A DNA stretch of 59,852 nucleotides, taken from the sequence record SRR20825006_1852; one strand, written 5' to 3'. A program made the translations under genes and the position numbers. Shown here in pieces: positions 58,386-59,852 of the stretch. The notes beneath the pieces are model-generated. The model did not search any database. It saw only the letters and a program-made list of their open reading frames with translations, and was not told the origin of the DNA. Every line of letters starts with the position of its first letter. The stretch's first letter is position 1.

Positions 58386-59144
58386 TTAAGAAAGCATCGC
58401 TTGATGACCTGTGATGAGTCTCGGTGGCAAGTGCGTGACACTGTTGAGGGATGTCAACTTCCAGCCCGTCACTGACCATTGTAGGGAAGTGATCGAGGTG
58501 TTGGGGATCGGTCCAATGGCATCCATCGCCACGCGTCCCGCCAACATTTGCGAAAGCATCTCGCGCAAGAAATCGGCGTGAGCGATCAGTACCACGACTG
58601 GATTCTCTTGTTCACCAAGTGGCTCCACGCCGGGCTGTTGCGAGAATGTTTGTTCAAAACGTTTGATCACCGCCTGAGAGCGTGCTTGCATCTCTTCGGG
58701 AAGCTCGCGATTCTTTCCGCCCCACCAGCCCGATTCGTCAATCTCCGGATCCAGTGTCAGAGGAGGCGGTTCACGGTCAGGGAACTGAGCAGCAATCTCT
58801 TGGAAGAACGACTCGATTGCAGACGCGCTGAGTCCAGAGGCGCCGGCGAAGTTCTTTTCATGATGGCCATGATAACAGCCGCCATTTTCGAAAACATCAT
58901 GCCAGACTGAGACCGGATATCGGCGTGGCGGAGCGTGAGCGTGTTGAAGAATGGACCGAGTTGTTTCGAGGGTGCGGAGGAATGGACTGGTGATCAACTG
59001 ATTGATCGCCAGTCCAGACATCCATTTGCCCAAACAATCAGCTTGCAAGCGACCTCGGGCTGTGATGCTCGGATCGCAAACGCGATTTTGAACCGGTTTC
59101 GCGTTGTTCTCGCTTTCCGCGTGTCGAACTAGAAGCAACTGCAT
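58386..59144 (-). CDS. Histidine phosphatase (phosphoglycerate mutase-like) family protein
   Basis: LLVRHAES, TSPFLRTLET, LIAHAD and PNTSIT motifs. Confidence 0.88.
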   Translation of the reverse strand: MQLLLVRHAESENNAKPVQNRVCDPSITARGRLQADCLGKWMSGLAINQLITSPFLRTLETTRSILQHAHAPPRRYPVSVWHDVFENGGCYHGHHEKNFAGASGLSASAIESFFQEIAAQFPDREPPPLTLDPEIDESGWWGGKNRELPEEMQARSQAVIKRFEQTFSQQPGVEPLGEQENPVVVLIAHADFLREMLSQMLAGRVAMDAIGPIPNTSITSLQWSVTGWKLTSLNSVTHLPPRLITGHQAMLS

Positions 59145-59153
59145 CGATCAGGA

Positions 59154-59852
59154 TCAGCCGTTTCGGCCTTGCCGACGACGATCCGATTCCTTCAGCAAAA
59201 TCTTGCGCAAGCGAATCGATTCCGGAGTTACCTCAACCAGTTCGTCGTCCTCGATGTACTCAAGGGCAGCTTCCAGCGACATGTCACGTGGTGGCTTCAG
59301 GATGACGTTTTCATCACTGCCGCTAGCACGCATATTGGTCAGCTTCTTTTCGCGACAGGGGTTCACTGTCATGTCGTTTTCGCGAGCGTTTTCGCCAACG
59401 ATCATTCCTTCGTAAACCTCGGTGCTCGGCGGAACGAACAGCTCAGCCCGATCCTGCAAAGCGAACAGGGCGAATGGCATGGTTTTACCGCCAACCATCG
59501 AAATCAAAACACCGTTGGCTCGACGAGGCACATCGCCTTCGACCATACGATAGCTTTCAAAACGGTGGTGGATGATGGCGGTTCCGCGAGTTGCGTTGAG
59601 CAATCGGGTACGCAAGCCAATCAGACCGCGTGATGGGACGATGAATCGCAAAAGGCTGTATTCGCCACGTTGCTTCATCTCTTCTAGTTGGCCGCGACGC
59701 AAACCGACGAGTTCCATGACCGGCCCCATTACCTCGGTCGGAACTTCCACGCGAAGGGTTTCGAATGGTTCGTGCTTTTTGCCGTCGATCTCTTTGAAGA
59801 CCACGCGAGGTTTTCCGACGCTCAGTTCGTAACCTTCGCGACGCATGGTTTC
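59154..59852 (-). CDS. typA: Translational GTPase TypA/BipA (C-terminal part; 5' end lies outside the window)
   Basis: ETMRREGYELSVGKP, PSRGLIG, YEGMIVGEN, KKLTNMRASGSDE and DDELVEVTPESIRLRK motifs. Confidence 0.96.
   Translation of the reverse strand, partial: ETMRREGYELSVGKPRVVFKEIDGKKHEPFETLRVEVPTEVMGPVMELVGLRRGQLEEMKQRGEYSLLRFIVPSRGLIGLRTRLLNATRGTAIIHHRFESYRMVEGDVPRRANGVLISMVGGKTMPFALFALQDRAELFVPPSTEVYEGMIVGENARENDMTVNPCREKKLTNMRASGSDENVILKPPRDMSLEAALEYIEDDELVEVTPESIRLRKILLKESDRRRQGRNG

Noticed and set aside
1-59852. CRISPR arrays, tRNA/rRNA genes, IS elements, integrases, prophage or defence genes
   Set aside because: None were recognisable by eye: no spaced direct-repeat arrays, cloverleaf motifs or transposase/integrase signatures. 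A covariance-model and HMM scan would be needed to exclude them formally.

Overview
A 59.9-kb bacterial chromosomal segment, most likely from a planctomycete of the Rhodopirellula/Pirellulaceae type. This assignment is inferred from the DUF1549/DUF1553-DUF1501 pair, the ECF sigma/LamG anti-sigma pair, a DUF6677-like protein and the aroDE fusion. The window holds about 40 protein-coding genes, an SRP RNA gene and no recognisable tRNA, rRNA, CRISPR array, transposase or integrase. Housekeeping genes include hpt, ffs-dnaX-ybaB-recR-rpoN, aroDE, folP, recQ, an RluA-family gene and partial typA. Accessory loci include an XylR/SSS symporter/secreted mutarotase sugar module, an ECF sigma/anti-sigma pair facing a DUF1553-DUF1501 pair, Wza/WecA-like polysaccharide genes and an ABC permease-CPBP protease fusion. 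The main highlight is an 11-kb single-gene highly reducing PKS-NRPS hybrid (KS-AT-DH-ER-KR-ACP-C-A-PCP-TE) tightly flanked by two transporter genes. Other highlights are an A10 slippery run in dnaX followed at once by stops in both alternative frames (likely tau/gamma recoding), loss of the DnaX zinc-binding cysteines, a sigma-54 -24/-12 site in front of rpoN itself, and an SRP RNA with a UAAC (URRC) tetraloop. All family calls come from motif recognition by eye; no database searches were run.
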